Positions 49,282 to 58,944 of a stretch of 64,000 nt of DNA are shown one piece after another. The notes beneath the pieces were generated by a model. That model saw nothing but the letters and a program-made list of their open reading frames with translations. It was not told the origin of the DNA and did no database searches. A program made the translations under genes and the position numbers. This stretch comes from Leptospirales bacterium (lineage in GTDB: Bacteria > Spirochaetota > Leptospiria > Turneriellales > JAOUFE01): positions 1-64,000 of the forward strand of contig JBEQLE010000010.1 in assembly GCA_040326155.1 (NCBI GenBank). The letters run 5' to 3'. Each line of letters opens with the position of its first letter. Positions within the stretch are counted from its first letter, which is position 1.

Positions 49282-52200
49282 TTATAAAGCGCCAGGGGTT
49301 GCAGGTGCGGCTTTCCAGCCGGTTAAACTCTTGTTTAAAGAAAAACCGTTCGGGACATCTGATATATTTATTCCCAGTTTTTGTATTTCAGCATCATTAA
49401 AGCCGGAAATAGGATTTAACGAGTTCCATGACATAAATTGATGCGCCCCAACATTGGCGTAAAGCCTGAGCATCCCCCCTTTCATCAACGAACTGGTAAT
49501 ATGCCCATCTTTATTTGTATAATAAACGATCTCCCTCCATTGGTCTTTCGTTTTAAGAAGTAAAATTCCATCGCTCCATGTAAGAGGGGAAAATCTCGAA
49601 ACAAAAGAGGTTGATCCATAATATAAATTTGAGTAAACTGATAATTCAGCAGCCGATTCCGGGTCCATATAGATTAAAAGGATTTGCCCGGCAACAACTG
49701 CAACATCGGGAAATACAAAAATCGTATATGCACCATATCCCTGCATATATTGAATAGAAATTCCATTCAGTGTACCATCTTGACTGACTGTAATTTCAAG
49801 CCATTGCGGACCCGAGGTGGGTTTTAACATGATCTCGTTAAATTCTACTTTAGCGGTTTCTATAGAAGAAAACCCGTTAAATGTAACGCCCCCGGTCGGC
49901 AGGGGGAAAGCAGAACCGTTGCAAAGTCGCTCCGTATGCGAAAACGTTAAACCCGCGTCAGATGAAACAAAAAGTCCCGCCGAAGAGGCTATCCATAAAG
50001 AGTTTAATCGAGCAAAAAGCTTTTCGGGGAAAACTTTTTTTCCGTTATAAACACCATTATAAATAGGCAGGGGAACCTCAGTAGCCAACCCGGCTTCTAT
50101 AATTGCAATATTGTCTTGTGAGGCGACATATACCCGAGCAGGGGTCGTAGCAATTCTAAACCTGGCCTGGTCCGGGTTGGAAACCCCTGAAAATTTGTAA
50201 AAATCTGCTCCGTTATTGTCTGAAAAAAATAGTCCTGCCCCGGTAGCGGCAATAACCTTTGTGTCCGTAATTGCGACATCCCACACGGGTCCAGTCACGC
50301 CGGCAGCAACGTTAAAAGAAACTCCATCATCGTTCGAGTAGTACATGGACTGGCCCGTTCCGGCGATAACCGTGTTGTTTTTGGCAGCCAGAGAAAACAT
50401 AGGTTCGGAAATTACTTTTACAAACCCCGAACCGGAGTTGCGGTACAATCCAAAGTTCCCGCTGGTATATCGACTGGTCGTTGTAAAAGCGAGGTGGCGA
50501 ACTTTGAAAGGTGAGGCTACTTCTTTTACAAAATTTCCAGGCGAGGTCGAAGTGTAAATTCCATCGGAAGTTGCCAGGTAGACGCTCCCCGCATGGAATG
50601 AAATATCGTGTACACGAATCGGCCAGGGGGCGAGCGTTACGCGCGTAAAGTTGGCTCCGGAGTCGCTGGAGTAATATAAAGCTGCATCGCCTGCCATGTA
50701 AATTTCATTTAATAAAGATGTTATGGCAAAAGTGCGACCTTGTTTCGCGGTATTTGCAGAAATGGAATACAAGTTCTGGGAATTATTTGCTCCTGAAAGC
50801 TGAAAAACAAGTTCATTGGAAAAGTCACCGGAATAAACCTGGTCTATTGCGGGCGTTCCAGAACCCGAAACAGTGTAATCACTTTTATCGACACAAGCAG
50901 AAACATCGGCAGAAAACTGAACCGTAATATTTCCACTCTGTTTTTTCGTCACCGTGCCAAATTCAAGCGGTGTGGCAAAAAGCTCGTCCATACCTGGCGT
51001 CGCATAAATAGGTAAAAGGGAACTGCATAAAGCTGCGCAAGGAGTAGTCGAAGCTCGCCAGTGTCCGTTTTTTCCCATTTTCACCTGTGATCGTATTGCC
51101 GCACCGTTTGTTTCCAGGGAGTAATAAACGGGGGCCATTTTGCCGGTCGAATCGATGAGTTTCATGGTGGGGTCATACAAAGAGAGTCGTGGGTCGCCAG
51201 GAAACGGCGTAAAATCTTTAGACGAGGGAATTTTAGCGCTTTGTACAAAAGAGCGCCCCGGTCCAAAAGTTTCATTCAGAATATCGGCGTCGCGAGTATA
51301 AATTATAAAAAGCTCGCCCGGGGCCAGGTTAAACGGTCCTCCATAACTCGAAGTGTAGAGGTCGGGTATTGTGTAAGTATTTCGAAACCCCTGTGACCTC
51401 CAGGCGATGGTCCAGTTTGTAACATCGATATTTTTGCCAGAAAGGTTTTTAAGCTCTATAAATTTCTGGCCAGAATCGTTACTGCCGTTGACCTCACCAT
51501 ACCATCCAACCTCGGTAATTTGCACGTCGCCAGATTTAGCGGCAGAGCCGAATGTTGTCGAAAAAACATATTTCATCGTCGTGGATTTTTGCCATGCCAG
51601 TTTCCATTGATTCAATAAACTTCGTGAGACATTCGAGTTGTGTATAAGTAACAGATTTTCATCATTATTATGAACGGCATTTTGTGACCAGTTGAAAGAG
51701 CCGGTAATGGCAACCCCCGAATCGGTATCGGCGTCAATGAGCATTGTTTTGCAATGCATTTTCGAACCAGAGCGAAATGAATTACTTGAGACGACATTCG
51801 TACCCGAATCGGGAACATAGTTTTCGTTTCCATCAATTCGTATTCTCATATAACGTGGCATCAGAACCGAAGCTCGGTAAAGTCGAGAGGCCTCCTGGGA
51901 AATTCCCGAAACAAAATTAGAGTCGTGTATTCCATAAACTTTTACACCCCGGCGGGAGGCTTCTATTAAAGCCGACGAAATTTCATCATGTGAAAAAGCG
52001 AATACCATATAGCGGATAGAATTTTCAGCTTTGCCAATAGCCTCGACTACTTTTTGCACAGTTTGCGCAGAATCGGTTGGCGAAAAATAGAGCGAAACTT
52101 TCGACCCCGAAACCATCGTCGTTTTATCTATAAAAGGGGACGATTTCAGGCGTGCAAAAAACCCGGCCCGCATTCGAAAAAACTCTTCTTCATACCAGCT

Positions 52201-52689
52201 CGCCAGGGCCGTACTCTTTATGATAATAAAATTATTGTCGTTATAATAAAAGCCCGACTGCGTAAAATTTCCAGTGCCGGTCAAAACCGTTTTAGAATCG
52301 ATCACAATAAATTTGTTGTGTTGGATGCCGGTAGTGTTTCCGACGACCAGATCAACATCGTCCAGCAACAAAGCCTGGTAACCATTCGAGTCGCTTTCGT
52401 CCAGATCGCCCACCAGTTTAACTTCAACACCAGATTGCCTCGCCCTGAGCAAAGCCTCACGAACCCTCTCCGAGTCAAAATTATACATTGTCATAAAAAT
52501 CGTTTTCTCGGCCTTCCCGATAAAAAGGACAATACGATCTTCAGCGTCACTTTGTTCCCCAGGGCGCGAATAAAAAACATCGAAAGAACCGGGCTGCGCA
52601 GGCGCTTGAACCTGGCACGAGAGGAAAACAGGGAACGTCAGGAACAACAAAAACACCAGACACAAACCAAATAATATATTTTTAACCAT
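49282..52689 (-). CDS. Predicted lipoprotein: two PLD (HKD) domains + lamin-tail-like domains + Asp-box beta-propeller
   Basis: VFLSC lipobox-like; HNKFIVID and HCKTMLID..TGSFNWS; VQITEV..FIELKN and FNEIM..WLEI; four SxDxGxxF-like Asp-boxes. Confidence 0.82.
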   Translation of the reverse strand: MVKNILFGLCLVFLLFLTFPVFLSCQVQAPAQPGSFDVFYSRPGEQSDAEDRIVLFIGKAEKTIFMTMYNFDSERVREALLRARQSGVEVKLVGDLDESDSNGYQALLLDDVDLVVGNTTGIQHNKFIVIDSKTVLTGTGNFTQSGFYYNDNNFIIIKSTALASWYEEEFFRMRAGFFARLKSSPFIDKTTMVSGSKVSLYFSPTDSAQTVQKVVEAIGKAENSIRYMVFAFSHDEISSALIEASRRGVKVYGIHDSNFVSGISQEASRLYRASVLMPRYMRIRIDGNENYVPDSGTNVVSSNSFRSGSKMHCKTMLIDADTDSGVAITGSFNWSQNAVHNNDENLLLIHNSNVSRSLLNQWKLAWQKSTTMKYVFSTTFGSAAKSGDVQITEVGWYGEVNGSNDSGQKFIELKNLSGKNIDVTNWTIAWRSQGFRNTYTIPDLYTSSYGGPFNLAPGELFIIYTRDADILNETFGPGRSFVQSAKIPSSKDFTPFPGDPRLSLYDPTMKLIDSTGKMAPVYYSLETNGAAIRSQVKMGKNGHWRASTTPCAALCSSLLPIYATPGMDELFATPLEFGTVTKKQSGNITVQFSADVSACVDKSDYTVSGSGTPAIDQVYSGDFSNELVFQLSGANNSQNLYSISANTAKQGRTFAITSLLNEIYMAGDAALYYSSDSGANFTRVTLAPWPIRVHDISFHAGSVYLATSDGIYTSTSPGNFVKEVASPFKVRHLAFTTTSRYTSGNFGLYRNSGSGFVKVISEPMFSLAAKNNTVIAGTGQSMYYSNDDGVSFNVAAGVTGPVWDVAITDTKVIAATGAGLFFSDNNGADFYKFSGVSNPDQARFRIATTPARVYVASQDNIAIIEAGLATEVPLPIYNGVYNGKKVFPEKLFARLNSLWIASSAGLFVSSDAGLTFSHTERLCNGSAFPLPTGGVTFNGFSSIETAKVEFNEIMLKPTSGPQWLEITVSQDGTLNGISIQYMQGYGAYTIFVFPDVAVVAGQILLIYMDPESAAELSVYSNLYYGSTSFVSRFSPLTWSDGILLLKTKDQWREIVYYTNKDGHITSSLMKGGMLRLYANVGAHQFMSWNSLNPISGFNDAEIQKLGINISDVPNGFSLNKSLTGWKAAPATPGAL

Positions 52690-52812
52690 AGTCCGAACCA
52701 GTTAAAAGACGAAAGGAAGTCAAATAAAAAGTACCCCTTTTTTAACCCTGGAAAATATTATGTCACATTAATTTTTCTTTAAAGGGGAGAAGTCTCTCCC
52801 CTCGTTTTGGCA

Positions 52813-52850
52813 ATTACATAAGGTCACAACATGTTGTGACCTTATGTAAT
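52813..52850. repeat. 38-bp perfect palindrome (REP-like)
   Basis: ATTACATAAGGTCACAACA|TGTTGTGACCTTATGTAAT with no spacer. Confidence 0.9.
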
Positions 52851-52898
52851 GCCGCCACTACCCCACACATATTAACGAGAGTCGTGGATGAGGATTTG

Positions 52899-53256
52899 TT
52901 AATCTGCACCTTTCATACGAACTTTGTTGTTGTCAACAATCCATAAATGCTTTTCAATCCTTTCCGATGACATCAGAGGGATGACCTTTTTTAACAATAA
53001 TGATATCGATTTGATATCTTGGTTATTTGGGCGCAAAACAATAATTCCATTGTATTTGTCAGGGGGATAATGTGTAATATTCGAAAAATCTAAATCCAGT
53101 GTAATTAAGATTCTATTTTCTTTGGTAGCTAATTCTTAGACTGTCGTCATCAATACCCTGGATATTTTCATCAAAAACAGAATGTGCATCAAAGCCAGCT
53201 TGTAATAAATCTTGTTGTACTTGAATCGGTAAATTTTCATCGAGCTTTAACTTCAT
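52899..53256 (-). pseudogene. Frameshifted DUF5615/VapC45-like PIN toxin
   Basis: MKLKLDENLP..GFDAHSV..GIDDDSL, then frameshift near 53135 to ELATKENRILITLDLDFSNITHYPP..GIIVLR..KVRMKGAD*. Length 358 nt is not a multiple of 3. ATGA overlap with the DUF433 gene. Confidence 0.85.
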
Positions 53257-53477
53257 GAAAATGCAACTACTCGTTCGTTGGCCAAATCTGCCGCATATTT
53301 CATCACTGCATTAATATCTTGCTCTGTAACGGAAGGGTAGTTTTTAATAATTTCGGGTTTTTCAATGCCCTCGGCTAAATTATCCAAAATGGTCGTTACC
53401 ATTACTCTAGTCCCGGAAACGCATGGTTTTCCATGACAAATGTCCGGGTCTACTTTGATGTGGTTGTGCCAGTCCAT
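53253..53477 (-). CDS. DUF433 antitoxin (VapB45-like)
   Basis: IKVDPDICHGKPCVSGTRVMVTTILDNLAEG..IIKNYP..DINAVMKYAA; ATG 53477. Confidence 0.92.
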   Translation of the reverse strand: MDWHNHIKVDPDICHGKPCVSGTRVMVTTILDNLAEGIEKPEIIKNYPSVTEQDINAVMKYAADLANERVVAFS

Positions 53478-53478
53478 A

Positions 53479-53513
53479 CATGTTAAATTATAACATGATT
53501 TATGAGTTGTCAA
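53479..53513 (-). promoter_or_regulatory. TA promoter with overlapping inverted-repeat operator
   Basis: Minus strand TTGACA-N15-TATAAT with TGn extension; CATGTTA-aatta-TAACATG (53479-53497) spans the -10; ATG is ~10 nt downstream with no RBS. Confidence 0.65.
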
Positions 53514-53705
53514 TTAAAATAATCAATCAAATGGGTCTGAACGCGCAGCCAGAAATCTCCCGGCGGTCAGCCGGGCAAAAAATATAAATATTGTATTAAT
53601 AAAAACTTCAAATATGAAGACATATAATAATGCAAAACGTCGGGGGTAGCCCGAGACCTTGGCTTGGGCGAGGGGGTAGGCTTACCCCCATTAAAATCGA
53701 TTAAT

Positions 53706-54446
53706 TTATTCGCCGCAAACGTATTCAACACGCATGGTGTCTGAGTCGTTGAGTTTTTGACTGATGGGGTAGCCATCTTCGCTATATTGGTAAACGATCT
53801 CTTGCGTGTCGACTTCACCTTTTTTCCATTTTTTTCCGTTCACTTCATACTTTAGATTTTGTTGATAGGTTTCAACAATTTTAATTACATTATTTTTAGC
53901 ATGCGCAACGGCAAAGCCATGCAACAGTTGAAGCGGGTTACCGGCGTAGACTTGAATCATGAAGTTCGGTTTGTCGTCGTAAACATATTCATTTACACTG
54001 TATAAATTGCCATTGTAGTCATAAATAGTGGCTTTTACCGGTAGGTCATTTTCGTACTCATAGGTTCTTTTACCCATGGGACTTGATTCTGTAACGATGC
54101 GCCCTTTTTTATCTAATTCAAATTGAATTGTACCTAATTTGGTTTCAATGGAGGTTAATTGATAGGTATTGTTGTGTTCAAACTTCATTGTACCTAAGTA
54201 AGTATTCGATACCTTATCTAATTTGCCATATTCTCTGTAGGCATAATGGGAATAACCAAAGTCTTTGCTGCCGTCTTTCATGCTTATGTGAGAAGAGATC
54301 AGTTTTCCATTCTTATATGCAAAGTCGGTGACTCTTATAGCGTCGCCGATAGAATATTCGAGTTTTGCAGGCTTGCACTTTTTTGTTTTGCAGGCGCCAA
54401 CTGAGAGCGCTAGTAAGGGAAGAAAAATCCATAAGGTTTTTTTCAT
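53706..54446 (-). CDS. Hypothetical lipoprotein with YD/RHS-like beta-strand repeats
   Basis: AGGAG RBS; MKKTLWIFLPLLALSVGAC lipobox; repeated Y.Y..D/G strands. Confidence 0.72.
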   Translation of the reverse strand: MKKTLWIFLPLLALSVGACKTKKCKPAKLEYSIGDAIRVTDFAYKNGKLISSHISMKDGSKDFGYSHYAYREYGKLDKVSNTYLGTMKFEHNNTYQLTSIETKLGTIQFELDKKGRIVTESSPMGKRTYEYENDLPVKATIYDYNGNLYSVNEYVYDDKPNFMIQVYAGNPLQLLHGFAVAHAKNNVIKIVETYQQNLKYEVNGKKWKKGEVDTQEIVYQYSEDGYPISQKLNDSDTMRVEYVCGE

Positions 54447-54664
54447 TTGTTTCTCCTGGAGGTTGTAATTATTAAACTTAGAATTGAATGCAAAAGGAGT
54501 ACTATGAGAGGTGTTGTCAAATAAAGTTTGTTTTCTCTTTTGCCCGAAAAAAACTTCAAACGAGAATCGAACGTAGCGGCACAAAAAAACCGAAGGGGGA
54601 AGGCTTTCACCCTCCAAATAAAAAATTGACTTACAGGTTGTGTCGCTTATTATTTTTATCTGAC

Positions 54665-55573
54665 ATGGGTGCATCCAAAAAAAATAAATACCTGAGACGT
54701 GATCGAGTGTTGAGGGCGATCACCGAAGATGGGCAATTTCGAGCCGTAATTATTAAGGCCACCGATCTGGCGAACACTGCATGTAAAAAACATGAATTGA
54801 ACCCGTTGGCTTCGCTTGTCTTGAGTGAACTTTTTGTTGCTTCTCTTTTAGCGACTGTATCTTTAAAAGGTGAAGAGCGCATTAGTTTGCGAATTGATGT
54901 GGACGGCCCGGTTAAGTATGGCGTCGTCGAGGCAAATGCGGCTGGTGAAGTTCGAGGGTATCTCGGAAATAATGAGTTGGTACCTGAATCGGATGACCCG
55001 ATTATTATGAAAAAAATAGCCATAGGTAAAGGCAAATTAAGTGTTTCGAAAACACTGCATTCCAATTACCAACCGGTAACCAGCGTCGTGGAGTTGACCG
55101 AATCGGTTATTGCGAAAGATCTCGCCCGCTATTTTGCCCTTTCGGAGCAAGTTCCAACTGCGGTTAAAATCGGGGTCCGGCTGAACGAAAATTTTACAAT
55201 TCAATCGGCGTTTGGCCTTTTGCTTCAAGCCCTGCCCGATGCCGACGAAGAGACTATACTTGAACTTGAAAATGATATAGTCGATCATCCCGATCTCGGT
55301 GCTTTGTTTGAAGAAGAAGAAAACCTCGATCTGGTTTTGAATCATTTTTTGAAAAATCAAAAATGGGTGGAACTGGCTAAAACGCCTGTAGACTTTTTCT
55401 GCCGGTGCGGCAAAGATCGTTTTTTACGCGGCCTTCAACTTCTCTCGATGAAAGACCTTATAGAACTCGCAAGCAAAGAGCAAGAGCTTGTTTGTCAATA
55501 TTGCAATGAAAAATACATCGTCTCTATAAAAGAGATTCAAGATCTGATTGAAAACAAAAATAAGTCATTATAG
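54665..55573 (+). CDS. hslO: Hsp33 redox-regulated chaperone
   Basis: GEVRGY, YFALSEQVPT, GLLLQALP, CRC...CQYC zinc centre; ATG 54665 preferred. Confidence 0.93.
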   Translation: MGASKKNKYLRRDRVLRAITEDGQFRAVIIKATDLANTACKKHELNPLASLVLSELFVASLLATVSLKGEERISLRIDVDGPVKYGVVEANAAGEVRGYLGNNELVPESDDPIIMKKIAIGKGKLSVSKTLHSNYQPVTSVVELTESVIAKDLARYFALSEQVPTAVKIGVRLNENFTIQSAFGLLLQALPDADEETILELENDIVDHPDLGALFEEEENLDLVLNHFLKNQKWVELAKTPVDFFCRCGKDRFLRGLQLLSMKDLIELASKEQELVCQYCNEKYIVSIKEIQDLIENKNKSL

Positions 55574-55837
55574 ATCGCTTTTAAAGTCGGAATTTACAAG
55601 TTGAACCAGAGCCTGTACGGCCTCTTTCTCTTTTTCACCTTCGGCTGAAATTTTCAATACTGCCCCTTTTACCGGGGCAAGCATCAATAGACCCATAATG
55701 CTTTTTCCATTTACTTGTTCGCCGTCTTTTTCAACTTGAATTTCGCAGGGGTATTTTGCAGCTGTCTGCACAAAAACGGAGGCAGGTCTGGCATGCATTC
55801 CAGTATCTACATTTACGGTTACAGTTTCAATTGTCAT
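55568..55837 (-). CDS. ptsH: Phosphocarrier protein HPr
   Basis: GMHARPA, NGKSIMGLLML. Confidence 0.95.
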   Translation of the reverse strand: MTIETVTVNVDTGMHARPASVFVQTAAKYPCEIQVEKDGEQVNGKSIMGLLMLAPVKGAVLKISAEGEKEKEAVQALVQLVNSDFKSDL

Positions 55838-56792
55838 TGTCTGCCTCTTTGGCTTTACCTGGTTCGGACGGTTTCATTTTTTCCATTAACATCCGGTTGA
55901 ACTCTCGGGCGGGATGATACCCCATGCCTTTTAAGCGGAAATTTTTTGCTGCAGTTTCAATTAAAAGAGGTATATTTCGACCCGGTTTTACCGGTATCAA
56001 TAGACAGGGTATTTCCACACCTAGAATTTCACTCGTTTTTTCATCGAGTCCGGTTCGATCGTATTCGTGTTGGTCTTTCCACTCTTCCAGAGCAACGATC
56101 AATTCAATTCGAATATCTTTTCTTACACTACCTGCTCCATAAAGATCTTTTATATTAATAATTCCCAGCCCGCGAATTTCCATATAGTATGCAATATTTT
56201 CTGAAACGCTTCCATGAAGATGGAACTCCCCTCGTTTATAAAGGTGAACCGCATCGTCAGCAATTAACCGGTGACCAAGTTCAATAAGTTCAAGCGCTGT
56301 TTCACTTTTACCTACCCCGGTTTTTCCGGTAATTAAAACCCCTATTCCAAAAACCTCAAGCAGGACTCCATGTGAAACGGTTCTAGGCGAAGTTCGTAAA
56401 TCGATTACATCGTTTAAAATTGCGCTTAAACGCATGGTAGAGTAAGGCGCAAAAAAAACAGGAATTTTTTTATCTATCGCCACCTGTAAAAATAAGTCAG
56501 GAGGATTCAATTTATGACTGAAAATAATGCAGGGAATATCGTAAGAGAAAAACTTTTCAGCGCATTCTTTGCAGTCTGTTTCAGAAAGAGATTCAAGAAA
56601 CGAGGTTTCACCACGCCCGAAAATCTGAACGCGATCTGCTGCAAAGTTTTCAAAGAAACCTGTCAACGCTAACCCGGGCCGGTTTATGCCGACCCCGGTT
56701 ATTATACGGTGGTAATCGGCCCCTTCATACAAAGGACCGAGTTCAAGTTGGTAAGATTCGTCAAGTAGTTCAATTACCTGAAGAGTCGGCAT
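55827..56792 (-). CDS. hprK: HPr kinase/phosphorylase
   Basis: NRPGLAL, GKTGVGKSETALEL, LIADD, MEIRGLGII, PGRN. Confidence 0.96.
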   Translation of the reverse strand: MPTLQVIELLDESYQLELGPLYEGADYHRIITGVGINRPGLALTGFFENFAADRVQIFGRGETSFLESLSETDCKECAEKFFSYDIPCIIFSHKLNPPDLFLQVAIDKKIPVFFAPYSTMRLSAILNDVIDLRTSPRTVSHGVLLEVFGIGVLITGKTGVGKSETALELIELGHRLIADDAVHLYKRGEFHLHGSVSENIAYYMEIRGLGIINIKDLYGAGSVRKDIRIELIVALEEWKDQHEYDRTGLDEKTSEILGVEIPCLLIPVKPGRNIPLLIETAAKNFRLKGMGYHPAREFNRMLMEKMKPSEPGKAKEADNDN

Positions 56793-56795
56793 TCT

Positions 56796-57542
56796 TTATA
56801 CCGGTTTTTTCAAGGCCAAATCACCAGTTTTTTCATAAAAAAGAATATTCATTCTGCGAGACTCTTCGTTAACAAACGCAAAATACTCCAGATTATTTTC
56901 TCTCAATAAGTCTATTGCTTCGGGAATGGTCAAAATTGATAAAGGGTACAATGAAAATGAGATTTCATTGATGTTGGCCTCTCGAAAAGAGACTACTTTT
57001 TCATTATATTGACCCAACTCTTTGGTGGGAGAAATAAGAGAGTAATTACCATCAGGTCGTGGCAAAACAAGTGAATATCGTTTTTCTTCAATATGATGAA
57101 ACATATGGAATCGAAACTTTTCATTTTGCAACTGTAAGATCGCTTCCGTATCCGTCATTGGTTTTGGCGGAGCTTCATAAACATGAATGGTTACTTGCTC
57201 TTCCGGAGCAACTGGAGTAAAAGATGGAATAACATCTGCCGCACTTCGCGAAGAAGTTCGACCATCCATTTTTTTATGATATTTATCAACCTGTGTATTT
57301 AGAGTTTCTGTCGCAAGGTCGATAGAGGCATACAAATCCTTATCTTGTTTTGCAACATGAAATACAGTTGAATCGGCATGCACCGTAAGCTCGCATACCT
57401 GGTGTTGTCGAACCAGGTTAAAGCGCACATCCACGGCTTCAATATGATGAAACCGGTCTTGTAATTTGGTTAATTTTTCGGAACAATACTGTTTAATTGC
57501 TTCAGTTGGTTCCAGGTTTTTAAAGTAATAAGCTATATCCAT
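56796..57542 (-). CDS. hpf: Ribosome hibernation factor (HPF/RaiA) with two C-terminal S30AE domains
   Basis: KNLEPTEAIKQY..KL, DLYASIDLA..L; CTD1 PKPMTDTEAILQL..RPDGNYSLI; CTD2 LTIPEAIDLL..FVNEESRRMNILF; downstream of rpoN. Confidence 0.82.
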   Translation of the reverse strand: MDIAYYFKNLEPTEAIKQYCSEKLTKLQDRFHHIEAVDVRFNLVRQHQVCELTVHADSTVFHVAKQDKDLYASIDLATETLNTQVDKYHKKMDGRTSSRSAADVIPSFTPVAPEEQVTIHVYEAPPKPMTDTEAILQLQNEKFRFHMFHHIEEKRYSLVLPRPDGNYSLISPTKELGQYNEKVVSFREANINEISFSLYPLSILTIPEAIDLLRENNLEYFAFVNEESRRMNILFYEKTGDLALKKPV

Positions 57543-57573
57543 ATTATCCTTCTTGTTCAAATATTAGTACGAT

Positions 57574-58944
57574 TTATATGATAGTTGAATCATTAGAAAA
57601 GGTCGTAACATTTGCCTTTCTTTCAATTTGACTCGGGATGTGTAGTAATTTTCTATATTTTGCCACAGTCCTTCTCTTAATATTAAATCCTTCTGATTCC
57701 AAGATAATAGAAATTTTCATATCTGACAAAGGAAAGTTACGATTTTCCGAATCAATAATTTGAATAATGGCTTTTTTTAAGTCGGCCACGCCAAGAAGTA
57801 TGCCTTCTTTTGATTTCATTTTTCGTGGAAAAAATATTTTTAATTGGAATATACCAAATTTTGTCTGACAATATTTTTTTCGTACAATTCTCGAAATTGT
57901 TGAAATATGCAGCTCGACCATCGAGGCAATATCTTCGAGGCTCATAGGAACAATGGAATCTGGTCCTTTTTTGAAAAATTCTTGTTGCTTTTCGAGTATG
58001 GCAGTTCCGACTTTTAAAAGGGAATTATTTCTAAAATCGAGGCTTTTAATAATATTCTGGGCGTTCTCGTACATTTTAGTCCACTCTTCGGTCCACTCTT
58101 TTTCAGGAATTTGTTCAAAAAGCTCCCGATTCACGAGTAGTTCAGGAATATCCTTATTGTTCACCTGAATTTCAACCTGCTTGCCACGCTCCGTATATAT
58201 TAAATCAGGTAGAACTATAATGCTTTTGTCGTCATAGTTGGCAGCCGGGTACAAATTCAGCGTAGCAATTTTCTTTAGCTTATCTTTCATCACCTCTACG
58301 CTTATAGCCAGCCCTTCGGCGATTGCATCTATTGTTTTTTTATCCAGACCTTCTATGCTCTCAGCGTTGTTTTGTATAATGGCAATAAGATCAAGCAGAG
58401 TTAAATCGCCAGGATAAACATTTTTTGCTTGCCACTCCAGACTTTGCCAGATATTTTCAGCGCCTACCCCGGTTGGTTCCAGGCTTTCTATTATTTTTAG
58501 CGCACTTTTTAATTCCATTATAGAGTAACTGCCCGAAACAGCAATTTTATCATGTGGTCGGGCGGTAAAACCCCTCTCATCAATTTCGGACAAGATGCTT
58601 TCTATTAAGGATGATATTCGCGGGGCAATTTGCAAAACAGCTATTTGTCGTTGCAGTAATATACTTAAACCGGGTTTGTCTGAAATAAAATTTTCAATGG
58701 AAAACTCAGAGTCAGAACTTATATCTGAACTACCTGGCAAATATTCTGGTGTATAATCTTGATAACGTATGTCTTCATCGCCGGCGCCTTCTTTTTCTTC
58801 CAGAAATGGATTCTCTTTCAACTCTTTTTGTAGCTGTATATCCAGTTCTGTCCGATTCAAAGCCAGAATCTCAATCGATTTTCTTAATTTAAGTGAAATA
58901 CCACGACGGGTACCGGTCTTAGGTCCAAGACGAATTTTACTCAT
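57574..58944 (-). CDS. rpoN: RNA polymerase sigma-54 factor
   Basis: ENPFLE, EPTGVGA, LHISTISR, PLSD, RRTVAKYR RpoN box. Confidence 0.95.
   Translation of the reverse strand: MSKIRLGPKTGTRRGISLKLRKSIEILALNRTELDIQLQKELKENPFLEEKEGAGDEDIRYQDYTPEYLPGSSDISSDSEFSIENFISDKPGLSILLQRQIAVLQIAPRISSLIESILSEIDERGFTARPHDKIAVSGSYSIMELKSALKIIESLEPTGVGAENIWQSLEWQAKNVYPGDLTLLDLIAIIQNNAESIEGLDKKTIDAIAEGLAISVEVMKDKLKKIATLNLYPAANYDDKSIIVLPDLIYTERGKQVEIQVNNKDIPELLVNRELFEQIPEKEWTEEWTKMYENAQNIIKSLDFRNNSLLKVGTAILEKQQEFFKKGPDSIVPMSLEDIASMVELHISTISRIVRKKYCQTKFGIFQLKIFFPRKMKSKEGILLGVADLKKAIIQIIDSENRNFPLSDMKISIILESEGFNIKRRTVAKYRKLLHIPSQIERKANVTTFSNDSTII

Noticed and set aside
52054..52674. 206-aa + strand ORF
   Set aside because: Antisense shadow of the PLD gene; Arg-rich, atypical composition.
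25212..54615. Dispersed G-run/C-run hairpins (25212, 52783, ~53672, ~54595) as a repeat family
   Set aside because: They share only G/C runs, not an alignable sequence; best read as independent hairpins.
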